From contig JAOZGP010000006.1 of the NCBI GenBank assembly GCA_027491735.1, positions 1-64,000 on the forward strand: DNA of 64,000 nucleotides, in the 5' to 3' direction. The notes beneath the pieces were generated by a model. That model worked only from the letters and a program-made list of their open reading frames with translations. It was not told where the DNA came from and made no database searches. The DNA comes from Thermoproteota archaeon. GTDB lineage: Archaea; Korarchaeota; Korarchaeia; Korarchaeales; Korarchaeaceae. The translations under genes and the position numbers were made by a program. Below, one piece after another: positions 19,611-29,965 of this stretch; the stretch's first letter is position 1; each line of letters opens with the position of its first letter.

Positions 19611-20667
19611 AGAACTCCAGGTGCTCCTCCTCATCTTTCAATATCTTCTCGAACATCTCAGCAGTCTTCGAGTCTCCTCTCTCCTTGGCTATCTTTATTA
19701 TCTTCGTGTAGAGCTTCACTGCTCCCTCCTCATCCTCGGCATCGAGCTCCATCATCTCCCTTGGACTCTCACCGACTCTCACTCTGGAAGGTTTCGTCGG
19801 AGGAATACCTCCGAGCTCTGTAAGTCTCTCTGCTATCTCCTCTGCGTGTTTCATCTCTTGAATGGCTATGTCCTTCAGCCTCTTCCCGATCTCGGTTCCC
19901 TCAAGCTTCACATGCTGCCACATGTACTGAATGGAGACCTGTAACTCCCTTATCACAGCTCTCTCCAGCAGATACTTCAGGTCATCGCTGTAGGTCCTGT
20001 GGCAGAACCACCAGTCGAAACACTCTACCTCACCCCTGGCTTTCGCTTCCATTCTACTTCTCTTCTCCTCAACCGATGAGGCAGGAGGAACTATGAGGTC
20101 ATCTCCCACAAGCTCGTTGTCCGGCCAGTTAGCTGGGAGGGCGGCTTTTCTCTCGTCGCTAACTTGAAGGGCCCTCACAAGCCTCAGTATCTCGTCAACG
20201 TTTCTTCCAACCTCCTGCGGATAGTACAGCATAGCCCTTATCTTTCCCTCGGGGTCCACCACGAAGACGGCTCTAACGGTGTTGCTTCCCTTTGAGGGAC
20301 TTATCATCCCGAGAAGATCGGCTACCATTCCTGAGTCATCTGCTATAACTGGAAAGTCAACTCTGACGCCGAGGTTCTCCTCAATCCACTCCAGCCACTT
20401 GATGTGACAGAAGACCTGGTCTATGCTCAGCCCTATGAGCTCACAGTTGATCTCCCTGAACCCATCATGCCTCTTGGCGAACGCTACAAACTCGGTGGTG
20501 CACACGGGTGTGAAGTCTCCAGGATGTGAGAAGAGGACGAACCATTTCCCCTTGAAAAAATCTGGAAGCTTTATCAGACCCTTAGTGGTCCTCACCTCGA
20601 GCTCCGGGAAGGGATCCCCAAGCTGAGGTGTGTGGATCTCCTCAACTTCGACATCTTCGAACCCCAT
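19594..20667 (-). CDS. peroxiredoxin (Prx6/archaeal type) fused to a C-terminal ferritin-like di-iron domain
   Basis: [36 protein letters not shown], then [27 protein letters not shown] in one ORF. Confidence 0.9.
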   Translation of the reverse strand: MGFEDVEVEEIHTPQLGDPFPELEVRTTKGLIKLPDFFKGKWFVLFSHPGDFTPVCTTEFVAFAKRHDGFREINCELIGLSIDQVFCHIKWLEWIEENLGVRVDFPVIADDSGMVADLLGMISPSKGSNTVRAVFVVDPEGKIRAMLYYPQEVGRNVDEILRLVRALQVSDERKAALPANWPDNELVGDDLIVPPASSVEEKRSRMEAKARGEVECFDWWFCHRTYSDDLKYLLERAVIRELQVSIQYMWQHVKLEGTEIGKRLKDIAIQEMKHAEEIAERLTELGGIPPTKPSRVRVGESPREMMELDAEDEEGAVKLYTKIIKIAKERGDSKTAEMFEKILKDEEEHLEFFRSQQ

Positions 20668-20860
20668 AGTTTACACCTCTCCAATATGAAAGGACTCTAT
20701 TCTAACCTCAATGTTCAGATATAAAAACTTAAGTTATCCGTAAACCGTTTCCGGTTGGACGCCATCTTGCAGATAGACCCGGCCCGGTTCTGGGACCATC
20801 GGATGAGGCTTACATCCCTTACCGAACTTTAAATAGCTGATCCGCTTAAACTATTACGAA

Positions 20861-22066
20861 ATGAGGTCGCTGTTCATCCTCCTGGTATTTCCTCTGATCC
20901 TCTCTCCGCTCTTCTCCCTGACGGGGAAGGTGCTGGTCATGAATGTCAATGGCCCAATAACGGAGGGTGTGGTTGCATACATGGAGGAGGTGGTTCACGT
21001 AGCGAGGCATGAGGGCGTCAATCGAGTGGTCGTGGTTCTCGACACAAACGGAGGGTTTCTCTCAGCGACAGAGAAGATAGTGTATCTGATGAGAAACTCC
21101 GGTGTGGAGTTCGCTGTGTATGTTCCCTCTGGTGGGAGGGCGTTCTCAGCAGGGTCGATAATCCTTCTAGCCTCCAAAATTGCTGGTATGGGTCCTGGAT
21201 CCGTGGTGGGTGCAGCTCAGCCCCGTCCATATGATGAGAAGATCGTGAATGCCATAGCTGGTTGGGCTAAGAGCCTAGCTGAGAGCTCTGGCAGAAACTC
21301 AACTGCTGCGGAGGGCTTTGTCAGGGACAACCTGGCCCTCTCGGCCGAGGAGGCACTGAGGCATCATGTCATAGAGCTCAAGGCCGACACGCTTGAGAGG
21401 TTCCTTCAGAACATAGGATGGACCGGTCCGATTCAGGAGGTAGATCCTGGTCCGAGGTCCTCCATCCTGCTGGTCGTCACAAATCCAGACGACGCTTGGC
21501 TTCTTCTGATGATTGGTGTTCTCATGCTCCTCCTCGGACTGAGCCATCCAACCTACATAGTTGAGGGCACTGGAGCAGCGCTTGTCCTCCTGGGGTTGCT
21601 GGGGATGGGCCTTGTAGGAGTCAACATGACTTCTCTGGCAATCACGATCTTAGGGGCAGCGACCATGTTCCTCGAGCTCAAGACGGGACATGGCGTCCTA
21701 GCGATGGTGGGGGCCTGTATATCAGCGTTGGGCCTGATGATGATATATGAGTCAGCTCCAATGCTTCCGATTAGCATCTGGTCCGAGGCCATGATGGGCT
21801 TGATGGTTTGTGCCTCGGGGCTTCTCGGCTTCTACCTCTATAAGATAAGAACTGCTCTCAAGAAGAGACCGATCGTTCACTCTCCTCGCTCTCTGATCGG
21901 CAAAGAGGGGATTGTTAAAAGGAGGATACCGGCAGGAGGAGAAGGAGTGGTGCTCGTGGAGTCCGAGCTCTGGACGGCGACCTCTGATGAGGACCTCGAG
22001 GAGGGTGAGAAAGTTTTAGTTATCGCTGCAGCGGGAATGAAGCTAGCTGTGACGAGGTGCAGGTGA
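20861..22066 (+). CDS. nfeD: NfeD-family membrane-bound serine protease
   Basis: LDTNGG, AFSAG, GAAQP, TM region, C-terminal OB domain (ESELWTA). Adjacent to stomatin. Confidence 0.9.
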   Translation: MRSLFILLVFPLILSPLFSLTGKVLVMNVNGPITEGVVAYMEEVVHVARHEGVNRVVVVLDTNGGFLSATEKIVYLMRNSGVEFAVYVPSGGRAFSAGSIILLASKIAGMGPGSVVGAAQPRPYDEKIVNAIAGWAKSLAESSGRNSTAAEGFVRDNLALSAEEALRHHVIELKADTLERFLQNIGWTGPIQEVDPGPRSSILLVVTNPDDAWLLLMIGVLMLLLGLSHPTYIVEGTGAALVLLGLLGMGLVGVNMTSLAITILGAATMFLELKTGHGVLAMVGACISALGLMMIYESAPMLPISIWSEAMMGLMVCASGLLGFYLYKIRTALKKRPIVHSPRSLIGKEGIVKRRIPAGGEGVVLVESELWTATSDEDLEEGEKVLVIAAAGMKLAVTRCR

Positions 22067-22067
22067 G

Positions 22068-22892
22068 ATGTTTGGTCTGATATCCACGACTGTAATCCTG
22101 GTCGTTGTGGTCTGGTTTCTGTTCTCCGCCATAAGGATAGTGCCGGAGTTCAAGAGGTTGGTCATACTGAGATTGGGAAGGTTCATGGGTGTCAGAGGGC
22201 CTGGAATAGTGTTCAGGATACCGATAATAGATCAGCTCCTCTGGGTGGATCTGAGGGAGAGCTACTTCGACGTCCCGCATCAGACCTGCATAACAAGGGA
22301 TAACGCTCCCACGGACATAGACTTCATAGTCTACTACAAGGTGATCGACCCGAAGGCAAGCGTTCTCAATGTTGCTGACTTCAAGGGAGCGGCCATAGGA
22401 ATAGCAACGACCACACTAAGGGCTGTCATAGGCGAGATGATGCTGGACGAGGTCTTAGCCAAGAGGGACGAGATAAACCAGATACTGAGGACAAAGCTGG
22501 ACGAGGTCACCGAGAGGTGGGGGGTCAAGATAACCAACGTGGAGATAAGGGAGATACTTCCACCCTCCAGCGTGCAGGATGCCATGATAAAACAGATGGC
22601 TGCTGAGAGATCCAGAAGAGCTATAGTCACCGAAGCCGAGGGAGAGAAGCAGGCAGCCATACTGAAGGCTGAGGGAGAGAAGCAGGCAGCCATACTGAAG
22701 GCTGAGGGATATGCCCTGGCTCTTCAGAAGATATCCAATGTGGCCAAGAAGCTCGACGATAACACGATGAAGCTCCAGTACCTGGACGGCCTGAAGGCCG
22801 TCGGCGAGTCCGGCTCCACGAAGATAATCATACCAATGGAGCTCCTGGATATGTTCAGGAACTGGCTCAAGAGGGCGAAGATGGAGGAGTGA
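22068..22892 (+). CDS. SPFH/stomatin-family protein
   Basis: RLGRF..GPG, ITRDN, TTLRAVIGEM, WGVKITNVEI, QMAAER, AEGEKQA. Confidence 0.93.
   Translation: MFGLISTTVILVVVVWFLFSAIRIVPEFKRLVILRLGRFMGVRGPGIVFRIPIIDQLLWVDLRESYFDVPHQTCITRDNAPTDIDFIVYYKVIDPKASVLNVADFKGAAIGIATTTLRAVIGEMMLDEVLAKRDEINQILRTKLDEVTERWGVKITNVEIREILPPSSVQDAMIKQMAAERSRRAIVTEAEGEKQAAILKAEGEKQAAILKAEGYALALQKISNVAKKLDDNTMKLQYLDGLKAVGESGSTKIIIPMELLDMFRNWLKRAKMEE
22638..22709 (+). repeat. perfect 33-bp tandem duplication inside the stomatin gene
   Basis: GAGGGAGAGAAGCAGGCAGCCATACTGAAGGCT twice, then GAGGGA. Confidence 0.9.
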
Positions 22893-22926
22893 GCACGTTC
22901 CAGATCACCCCACAGGAGGGTTCATC

Positions 22927-24330
22927 TTGCCCAACATTTTATTCTTCTTGACTGAACCTCTTCCTCCGAAAGTGAGACAGCTTCTCGATGGCGGGGAGCT
23001 TTCAAGAGCTGAGGAGGAAATAAAGAAACTGATATCGTCGTACGACGGTGAGATGAAGCTGAGGCTTGAGTTCGAACTCGAGAGGATGAGGAGATGGAGG
23101 CTGGAGTACAGATACTCGGAGGACGAGGCCTTCAGCCTGCTCAGGGAGGAGATCCTCGATCTGACCCTTGAGGAGTTCAGGAAGCTCATGGAGATGGGCT
23201 GTGTAGATCATAAGGTGATCGACGGGGAGCTTAAGATCCTGAGAAGGTTCATACCTAATGTCTTCTGGCTCTGTCCACATCTCAAAAACAGGAGGAGGAA
23301 GATCAACGAAACCGATAGGAGATCAAAGGAGGTTCTGAGGGAGAGAGCGGAGCTCGTCATGAGGACAGGAGTGGGTCACGTGCTTCCGCTCAGGTACAGA
23401 GTAAGAAGCATCGTGAGAGTGAAGGGGGGTGAGGTCCCCGGAGGAGAAAGGCTTAGAATCTGGGTGCCCATTCCGAGGGTATGTGACCTCCATCCTCAGG
23501 TGAGGATCGTGGGCTACAGCCAGGAGCCCTATCTAGCGGAGGCTAATCACCCTCAGAGGACTGCCTACCTCGAGATATCCTCTGGGAGGGAGGAGGCATG
23601 GATAGAGTACGAGTTTGTGTCCTTCGGCTTCTGTTCGAAGGTGGATCCCAAGCTGATCATGAAGTCCTCCTCAACCTGCCTGAGCAGATATCTCCAGGAG
23701 AGACCACCTCACATAGTCTTCACACGATACCTGAGATCCCTGGCTGAGAGGATCGTTGGAGGCGAGGAGAACCCTTACCTCAAGGCGGTCAAGATCTGGA
23801 GGTGGATCACAAGGAATGTTAGATATGCTTACGCTCACGACTACTCCTTGTATGACTGTATAGCTGAGTACGTTGCCAGAAACCTGAGAGGGGACTGTGG
23901 GATGCAGGCAATACTGTTCATAACTCTCTGCAGGATTGTGGGCGTGCCGGCCAGGTGGGAATCCGGCTGGTACATGAATCCGGTGAGATGGGGTATGCAC
24001 GACTGGGCCCGATTCTATGTGGAGCCCTACGGGTGGCTTTATGCAGATCCAAGCTTCGGCGGCCTGAGGCATGGAGAGGGCTGGAGAAGCATCTTCTACC
24101 TGGGCAGTGTGGAGGGGTTCAGACTGGCCTTCAACGCGGAGATATCGGAACAGTTCGATCCACCGAAGGTCCACTTCAGGTCCGATCCCGTTGACAACCA
24201 GAGGGGGGAGGTAGAGTCGGACAGTGGAAACCTCTATTATGACTGCTGGGACTTCGAGCTAAAGGTACTGGAGATCCACAGAGAGCAAGAGGATGCCTCG
24301 CTATCCAGTCGTGTTGTGACAACTCACTGA
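22927..24330 (+). CDS. transglutaminase-like (Cys-His-Asp) protein
   Basis: GDCGMQA, MHDWARFY, WLYADPSFG. Confidence 0.88.
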   Translation: MPNILFFLTEPLPPKVRQLLDGGELSRAEEEIKKLISSYDGEMKLRLEFELERMRRWRLEYRYSEDEAFSLLREEILDLTLEEFRKLMEMGCVDHKVIDGELKILRRFIPNVFWLCPHLKNRRRKINETDRRSKEVLRERAELVMRTGVGHVLPLRYRVRSIVRVKGGEVPGGERLRIWVPIPRVCDLHPQVRIVGYSQEPYLAEANHPQRTAYLEISSGREEAWIEYEFVSFGFCSKVDPKLIMKSSSTCLSRYLQERPPHIVFTRYLRSLAERIVGGEENPYLKAVKIWRWITRNVRYAYAHDYSLYDCIAEYVARNLRGDCGMQAILFITLCRIVGVPARWESGWYMNPVRWGMHDWARFYVEPYGWLYADPSFGGLRHGEGWRSIFYLGSVEGFRLAFNAEISEQFDPPKVHFRSDPVDNQRGEVESDSGNLYYDCWDFELKVLEIHREQEDASLSSRVVTTH

Positions 24331-25740
24331 GGAGTACCTGGTGAACTCCCCCAGGCCGTAGGCGTCAACTTCTATCACCCTTCCGTTCAGGACTATGTTG
24401 CCGGTCCAGTGTATAACGGCTCTCCCCCAGCTGGAGCATCCTTCAGGATCCCACCAAGCTCCCTTTCTGATAAACCACTTCTCCGGCCAGTAGATGAACG
24501 CCTCACCGATGAGATTCACGTAACCTTCAGAGAAATTACCCCTGATGACGAACTTGGATGGCTGTACGCATCCATCATCCTTCAGCTCGAACTCGGTCAA
24601 GGGGAAGGAGGTCCCGTTCCTGAAGTTTATTCTGGCCTGATGCTCGAACGGAACCGGTGGTTTGAGAGGAGATGGATTGGTTGTGCTGTCCATGATGAGG
24701 CAGAACTCCTTCTGACACAGAAACATGCATGAGAACGAGACAGGAGCGGTGCTTCCTCCCTCCACAGCTCTCCTGTAGTAGTAGGTGAGATGACCGGCCC
24801 TATCCATGAGGAAATATCCGTAGAAGGTGTAGCTCTTATCGTTCAGATGAAGCTCGGCGTTCATCTCTCCCACATCCCAGAAACCTCCCCATACATCGAG
24901 ATCCCTCTTGTTGACGGTGACTCCGTGGATCAGAAATGGACCTCCCCAGTCGCCAAGCCAAAAGGTCCTACCCTCGGCCCTGCCAACGATCCTCAGCCAA
25001 GGACCGCTTCCGTTAAGCGGTCTTATCTGATGGACCCAGAGCCTCTCAGATGGATTGTAGGTCAGCGTCTCCACGTATGTGTGGGAGGCATCATAGTTGT
25101 AGACGGTGTTACTGCTCTCGTTGTAGTAGAGGGGGCCGTGGAACATGGGGAACGGAGCTATCCATCGCCCGTTCATGTATATCTTCGGGACATGAGGCCC
25201 CTCTCCCGTGAAGGGATTCCTTCCTTGATAGACGAAGAGCCCTCCTTCCTTGGACTTGCCGTATGCCACGTATATGAAACAGCTGAGCTTCCACCTGAGA
25301 TCGTTTGAGGGATAGGCCAGGTAACCGTTCTCACTCATCACATACGCTTCACCGAGGGGCACGAAGTCGTGGACCGTCGGTATCCTCTTCATCTGGACGT
25401 TGTTGCTGGACAGGCTCCTATTTATGAGCCTGATCTTGGGAAGCAGAGGGACATTTTTTAGGCTTTTTACGGCTAAACGGTAGAAAATTTTTGCTTTCGA
25501 CTTATCTCCGTGCTTATAGGCCTGGCGAGCTCTGACCATGTACTCTCTAGCCTTGAACACATCATATCCCTGCCATCTCTTCCTCACGTACTCCTTCCTC
25601 AGTTCGCCAAGTCTCATGATCGATGTGAGACTCCTTCTCTTGATGCGATGTTGATTTGCTCCTTCAGTCAGTAGATATACTCCCACACAAGCGATGAGGA
25701 CTGCAGTGAGGACAACTGCCACAAGAGCTCGTCTGCTCAT
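24301..25740 (-). CDS. secreted/membrane-anchored aromatic-rich hypothetical protein
   Basis: N-terminal signal/TM helix and a W/Y/G-rich beta-type body. Family not identified. Confidence 0.7.
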   Translation of the reverse strand: MSRRALVAVVLTAVLIACVGVYLLTEGANQHRIKRRSLTSIMRLGELRKEYVRKRWQGYDVFKAREYMVRARQAYKHGDKSKAKIFYRLAVKSLKNVPLLPKIRLINRSLSSNNVQMKRIPTVHDFVPLGEAYVMSENGYLAYPSNDLRWKLSCFIYVAYGKSKEGGLFVYQGRNPFTGEGPHVPKIYMNGRWIAPFPMFHGPLYYNESSNTVYNYDASHTYVETLTYNPSERLWVHQIRPLNGSGPWLRIVGRAEGRTFWLGDWGGPFLIHGVTVNKRDLDVWGGFWDVGEMNAELHLNDKSYTFYGYFLMDRAGHLTYYYRRAVEGGSTAPVSFSCMFLCQKEFCLIMDSTTNPSPLKPPVPFEHQARINFRNGTSFPLTEFELKDDGCVQPSKFVIRGNFSEGYVNLIGEAFIYWPEKWFIRKGAWWDPEGCSSWGRAVIHWTGNIVLNGRVIEVDAYGLGEFTRYSSVSCHNTTG

Positions 25741-25816
25741 CGTCGTGATCGTTCAGTCTGATGAAAAATAGCTTTGTGAACAATCCATTCACAAGACTTA
25801 AATACATGTCAGCAGC

Positions 25817-26179
25817 TCACGGATCTCGATCAACAGTTGTCTCGACACTCTCGTCAGCCTTCCTCAGGCAGGAATCCATCCACCTGAGGTAGCCACCAAA
25901 TCCCCTCTTCACTGGAAGGAGGACTATCTCCGGGACCTCATAGGGATGAACCTCCCTGAGACAGACCTCAAGCTCGTTGTAGAGATCGGATCTACTCTTG
26001 ATAAAAATTAGATACTCTTCCGCTCCCTCAATTCTTCCTTTCCACCAGTATTTGCTGATGATGGGACCTAAGATCTGCACACATGCGGCTAGTCTTCTTC
26101 TGAGAAGCTCGTCAGCGATCCTCCTGGCTGCATCCCTGGAGTCCATAGTCGTCAGCACGACGGTGTACAACGAGGTCAT
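25817..26179 (-). CDS. cutA: divalent-cation tolerance protein CutA
   Basis: RLAACVQI, SKYWWKG, HPYEVPEI. Start moved to ATG 26179. Confidence 0.92.
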   Translation of the reverse strand: MTSLYTVVLTTMDSRDAARRIADELLRRRLAACVQILGPIISKYWWKGRIEGAEEYLIFIKSRSDLYNELEVCLREVHPYEVPEIVLLPVKRGFGGYLRWMDSCLRKADESVETTVDRDP

Positions 26180-26396
26180 CTCCTGATCTCCAGGCTCTTT
26201 CGTCATGAGATCATCACTAGAAAACAACAGTGCTTGGTTCTTTATTAAATCTGGTTTTAATGGTAAGTATGGAAATTTAGACGGTTCATGTTGGAAGGAA
26301 AACTTATATATTTTTTCTAAATTCACACCTATATAGAGACCGTTTTCGCACTCCTCTCTGGGTTCTCCTCACAGCTCATATTGGCGAGTGGGAAGG

Positions 26397-27656
26397 GTGA
26401 AGGCGAGCACCTTAGCCGTGATAGTGGTCGTGGCAATTATCGTGATAGCAGCGGGAGCGTATCTGGCCACCCAGAAGCCGTCAACCACAATCACCCGACG
26501 ACCACGCCAGCTACCACGACAAAGGAGGTCGAACCTCCTGAGCTGACGGGCAACCTGAGGAAGGATGTCATATCGCTGGGTGAGTTCTTCGAGTTGAAGG
26601 GGGTGCGCACCATAAAGTACACTGTCTGGGCGGCTGGAGATCCCAACAGCATCATGAGGATGTACGGCATAGTGGAGGCCGCCTACAGGATAAACAAGGT
26701 ATGGTCTGACAGTGGGATAAGCGTCAAGATAGATGTCAGCACTTACTGGCAGGATATACTTCGACGATGAAGACGTGACGGAGCTTCCTCCGAGCAAGAG
26801 GAATGTGGGCTTGGTCTTCCAGAACACGCACTTTATCCGCACATGACGGTCTTCCAGAACATAGCCTTTCCCTTAAAGCTGAAGAATCTGTCTGATGACG
26901 AGATAAAGAGAAAGGTATGAGAAGCAGCCAAGCTTTTGAAGATAGAGGTTCTGCTGAACAGATATCCATCTCAGCTATCAGGAGGGCAGCAACAGAGGGC
27001 CGCCTTGGCCAGAGCTCTCGTGAAGGAACCAAATGTTCTGCTCTTGGATGAGCCGCTTTCCAACCTAGATGCGCTTCTCAGAATATACATACGAGCGGAG
27101 ATAAAGAGACTTCAGGCTGATCTCGGGATAACCGCTATATACGTAACACGCGATCAGTCAGAGGCCATGGCCATAGCTGATCAGGTGGTCGTGATGAACA
27201 CAGGAGTGGTGCGACAGGTCGGTGATCCGAAGGAGGTCTACGCAAGGCCGAGAACGATGTTCGTGGCCTCCTTCATAGGAAATCCACCAGCTAACATGAT
27301 GATGGGGTTGGTCGAAGGTGAGGGTATTTGGCAGAGAACTTATCCTAAAGGACTATCTTCTTGAGAAGATAAAAGAGAGGAGGATAGGGGATGTGGTGGT
27401 TGCTTTCAGGTCGGAGCACGTGGAGATCTCAAGCGAACCATTGGAGGGGCACCTCTTCATCAGCGGGGAGATCTACGCTGTTGAGCCTCTGGGCAGGGAG
27501 ACGATAATAACCGCTCTGGTCAGTGGTGAGGTTATCAAGGCTGTTAAGCTCGGAAAGGTTGATCTTAAGATTGGAGAAAGAGTCTATCTCAACATAAGAC
27601 CTGATCACGTGAGGATATTTGATCCCTCAACGGAGCTCAGTTTGGAGCATCTCTGA
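26397..27656 (+). pseudogene. decayed sugar ABC operon: 5' fragment of a solute-binding protein joined to a broken MalK-type ATPase
   Basis: Signal peptide VKASTLAVIVVVAII, then a frameshift. At about 26745 the sequence switches to TGRIYFDDEDVTELPPSKRNVGLVFQN, with further frameshifts, an in-frame TGA, and [14 protein letters not shown]. Walker A is absent and the H-loop reads VTRDQ. Confidence 0.85.
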
Positions 27657-27761
27657 GGGCCTCTGTATTCTAATCTCAAACCAATGCTTTTGATCGCTAA
27701 GCATATTTTACGAAGTAAAACTTTATATCAAATCAATTTCCATAACCACAAAGAAGACGAT

Positions 27762-28181
27762 ATGGTGGAGACCTCTCTTTTTCACCTCGATGATCCTTCT
27801 GAAGACAGGAATGAGGAACTCAGAAGGGATTTGGAGCTGAAAATCGCAAGGTTAAACATGCTCAGGGAGAGGTTGGCCAGGGCAGAGAGATCTGTGAAGC
27901 TTAGATCGAAAATTTCGAAGTATATGATTGTGCTAAGTGCGTTCCTGATGGCTCTCTCGTGCATGAAGGAGTTCTCTCCTCTTCTGATGGTTGGATTGGT
28001 GATATTCGCCCTCTCGATCCTACCACACCTGTTCAAGAGGGAATCACCTGATAAGATGGAGAAAGAGATGCGGCTTCTCGCGAATGAGATAATGTCCATG
28101 AAACAGAGGATTAAGGAGGCAAGTCGGTCGAGCGAAGCAGCTGAGCTGTCAGGGAAACTTCTCGGAAAAAGTGGGGCCTGA
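27762..28181 (+). CDS. hypothetical two-TM coiled-coil protein
   Basis: Coiled-coil, TM hairpin, coiled-coil pattern. TTTATAT box upstream. Confidence 0.6.
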   Translation: MVETSLFHLDDPSEDRNEELRRDLELKIARLNMLRERLARAERSVKLRSKISKYMIVLSAFLMALSCMKEFSPLLMVGLVIFALSILPHLFKRESPDKMEKEMRLLANEIMSMKQRIKEASRSSEAAELSGKLLGKSGA

Positions 28182-28414
28182 ACGGACAGGTGGTGGAATG
28201 GGAAGGCCCTCACGGCCCGCCCTCTGGAAGGTTTTCGACATCGACTCGTTAAATTTCACTCAAAGGCGGCCATTGTGGTAACTTAGTGGGGGTATATTTT
28301 AGATTTTTCCTACAATTTTTCTGATAAACTCCCTTTTGATAAAAAAGTGTGTGATGTAAGTAATTCCGTTGATCGCCAGATCTGTTTTTGAGCACTACAT
28401 ATAAGGATGATCAC

Positions 28415-28918
28415 ATGGAACTGGAACCCTGCTTGGAGCTTCTTCTGACAAGGAGAAGCGTTAGGAAATTTAGGGATGTTCCTGTTCCTGACGATCTCGT
28501 CAGGAGAATCTTGGATGTGGCTCGCTATGCGCCCAGCGCCAAGAACAGGCAGCCTTGGAGGTTCTTCGTGGTGAGGGATAGATCCCTGATTAGGATCCTG
28601 AGCTCCATTCATAGATGGGCTAAACCCCTGGAAAGAGCTCCATTATGTCTCGTCGTTGTGTGTGACAGAAGGGAGGCGCCCATATCCTATCAGCTGGATG
28701 GAGCGAACGCTACAATATACATAATGCTCGCAGCCCACGCTCTCGGGCTCGGGAGCGTCTGGATCCAGACGCTCAGGGACATCCCCAAGATACAGAGGAT
28801 CCTTCACCTTGAGGAGGAGATCCCTGTGTCGATGATAGCCCTCGGATGGCCAGCAGAAAGTCCCTCTCCTCCTCCAAGAAAAGAGCTGAAGGATCTTTTG
28901 GTGGAGGTTGATGGTTAG
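28415..28918 (+). CDS. nitroreductase-family flavoprotein
   Basis: RRSVRKF, APSAKNRQPWRF, LAAHALGLGSVW. Confidence 0.92.
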   Translation: MELEPCLELLLTRRSVRKFRDVPVPDDLVRRILDVARYAPSAKNRQPWRFFVVRDRSLIRILSSIHRWAKPLERAPLCLVVVCDRREAPISYQLDGANATIYIMLAAHALGLGSVWIQTLRDIPKIQRILHLEEEIPVSMIALGWPAESPSPPPRKELKDLLVEVDG

Positions 28919-29199
28919 AAGGGAATTCCGGAGGGACGTCGCTCATTGACCACAAACCATTCTCCTCCTTCTTTTTATCTTTCTCCCATTCCGACCGATC
29001 TTCCTCGGATGGGAACTCACCGGAGACCGTCTTCAGTGAAGGCTGGCTGTGCTCCACCAACAGCTTTTGATGAAGGATCATCTCATCCGACTTGATCTGT
29101 TAAGAGCGTTATGAAAATCACCGTGCCACTCCGTCGATCCAGCAAGTGATCGGTCGAAATCTTTAACTTGTCGGAGTGACCGCGTAGGCTTGTGAGAAC

Positions 29200-29739
29200 A
29201 TGAGGGTGCTCGTGATCAGCGACACTCACGGTGAGCTAGGTAACGTCAAGAAACTTATGCTGAGAGCCCTTAAGCTCAGACCGGATCTGGTGATCCATCT
29301 GGGCGATAACTATGATGATGCAAACGTTCTCATGGAGAAGTTCAAGGTGATGAGGGTGCCTGGTGTGTACGAGGACGCCTACTTCAGTCCGGATGTGCCC
29401 AACAGGATCCTGATAGATCTAAAGGGATGGACAACCCTTCTGGTGCACTCTCTGAGACCTCATGAAAACGATCAGCCCTGGGACCTGGATCCCACAAAAC
29501 TGATATCCAAAGGAGTTGTTGACCTGGTTCTTCACGGTCACACCCATGTTCCTCGGGTGGAGAGGCATGAAGTGGTGCTTGTCAACCCTGGACACCTCAA
29601 GAGTGAGGACAAGAGGGGATATCCGCCGAGCTTCGCTGTGCTGGATGTCATAGAGGATGAGCTTAAGATTAGCATAGAAGAATTAAATTCGGAAAAGCTT
29701 CTTGCTGAAGGGCGGTTCCCCAAGAGAGCTGTTTCGTAG
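29200..29739 (+). CDS. YfcE/MJ0936-family metallophosphoesterase
   Basis: ISDTHG, HLGD, HGHTHVP, VNPG. Confidence 0.9.
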   Translation: MRVLVISDTHGELGNVKKLMLRALKLRPDLVIHLGDNYDDANVLMEKFKVMRVPGVYEDAYFSPDVPNRILIDLKGWTTLLVHSLRPHENDQPWDLDPTKLISKGVVDLVLHGHTHVPRVERHEVVLVNPGHLKSEDKRGYPPSFAVLDVIEDELKISIEELNSEKLLAEGRFPKRAVS

Positions 29740-29965
29740 ATGGTAAGAAGTGTAACGTTTTTTGTGATTTTTTAACGGTGTGACAATCTCTGATGTGTGG
29801 GTTTTAAGCTCGAATAAGGGCTGCTGAAATCCCTGAGGATGGGTCCTCCCCTCCGAAAGCCACCTGATGAGTGGAGGATTAGCCGCGACGATTCTTACAA
29901 ACTTTACAAAAGTTACGGCTAACCAGAACGGATCAACTTAAGAGCTGTGCCCAGCCCCTCCGATT

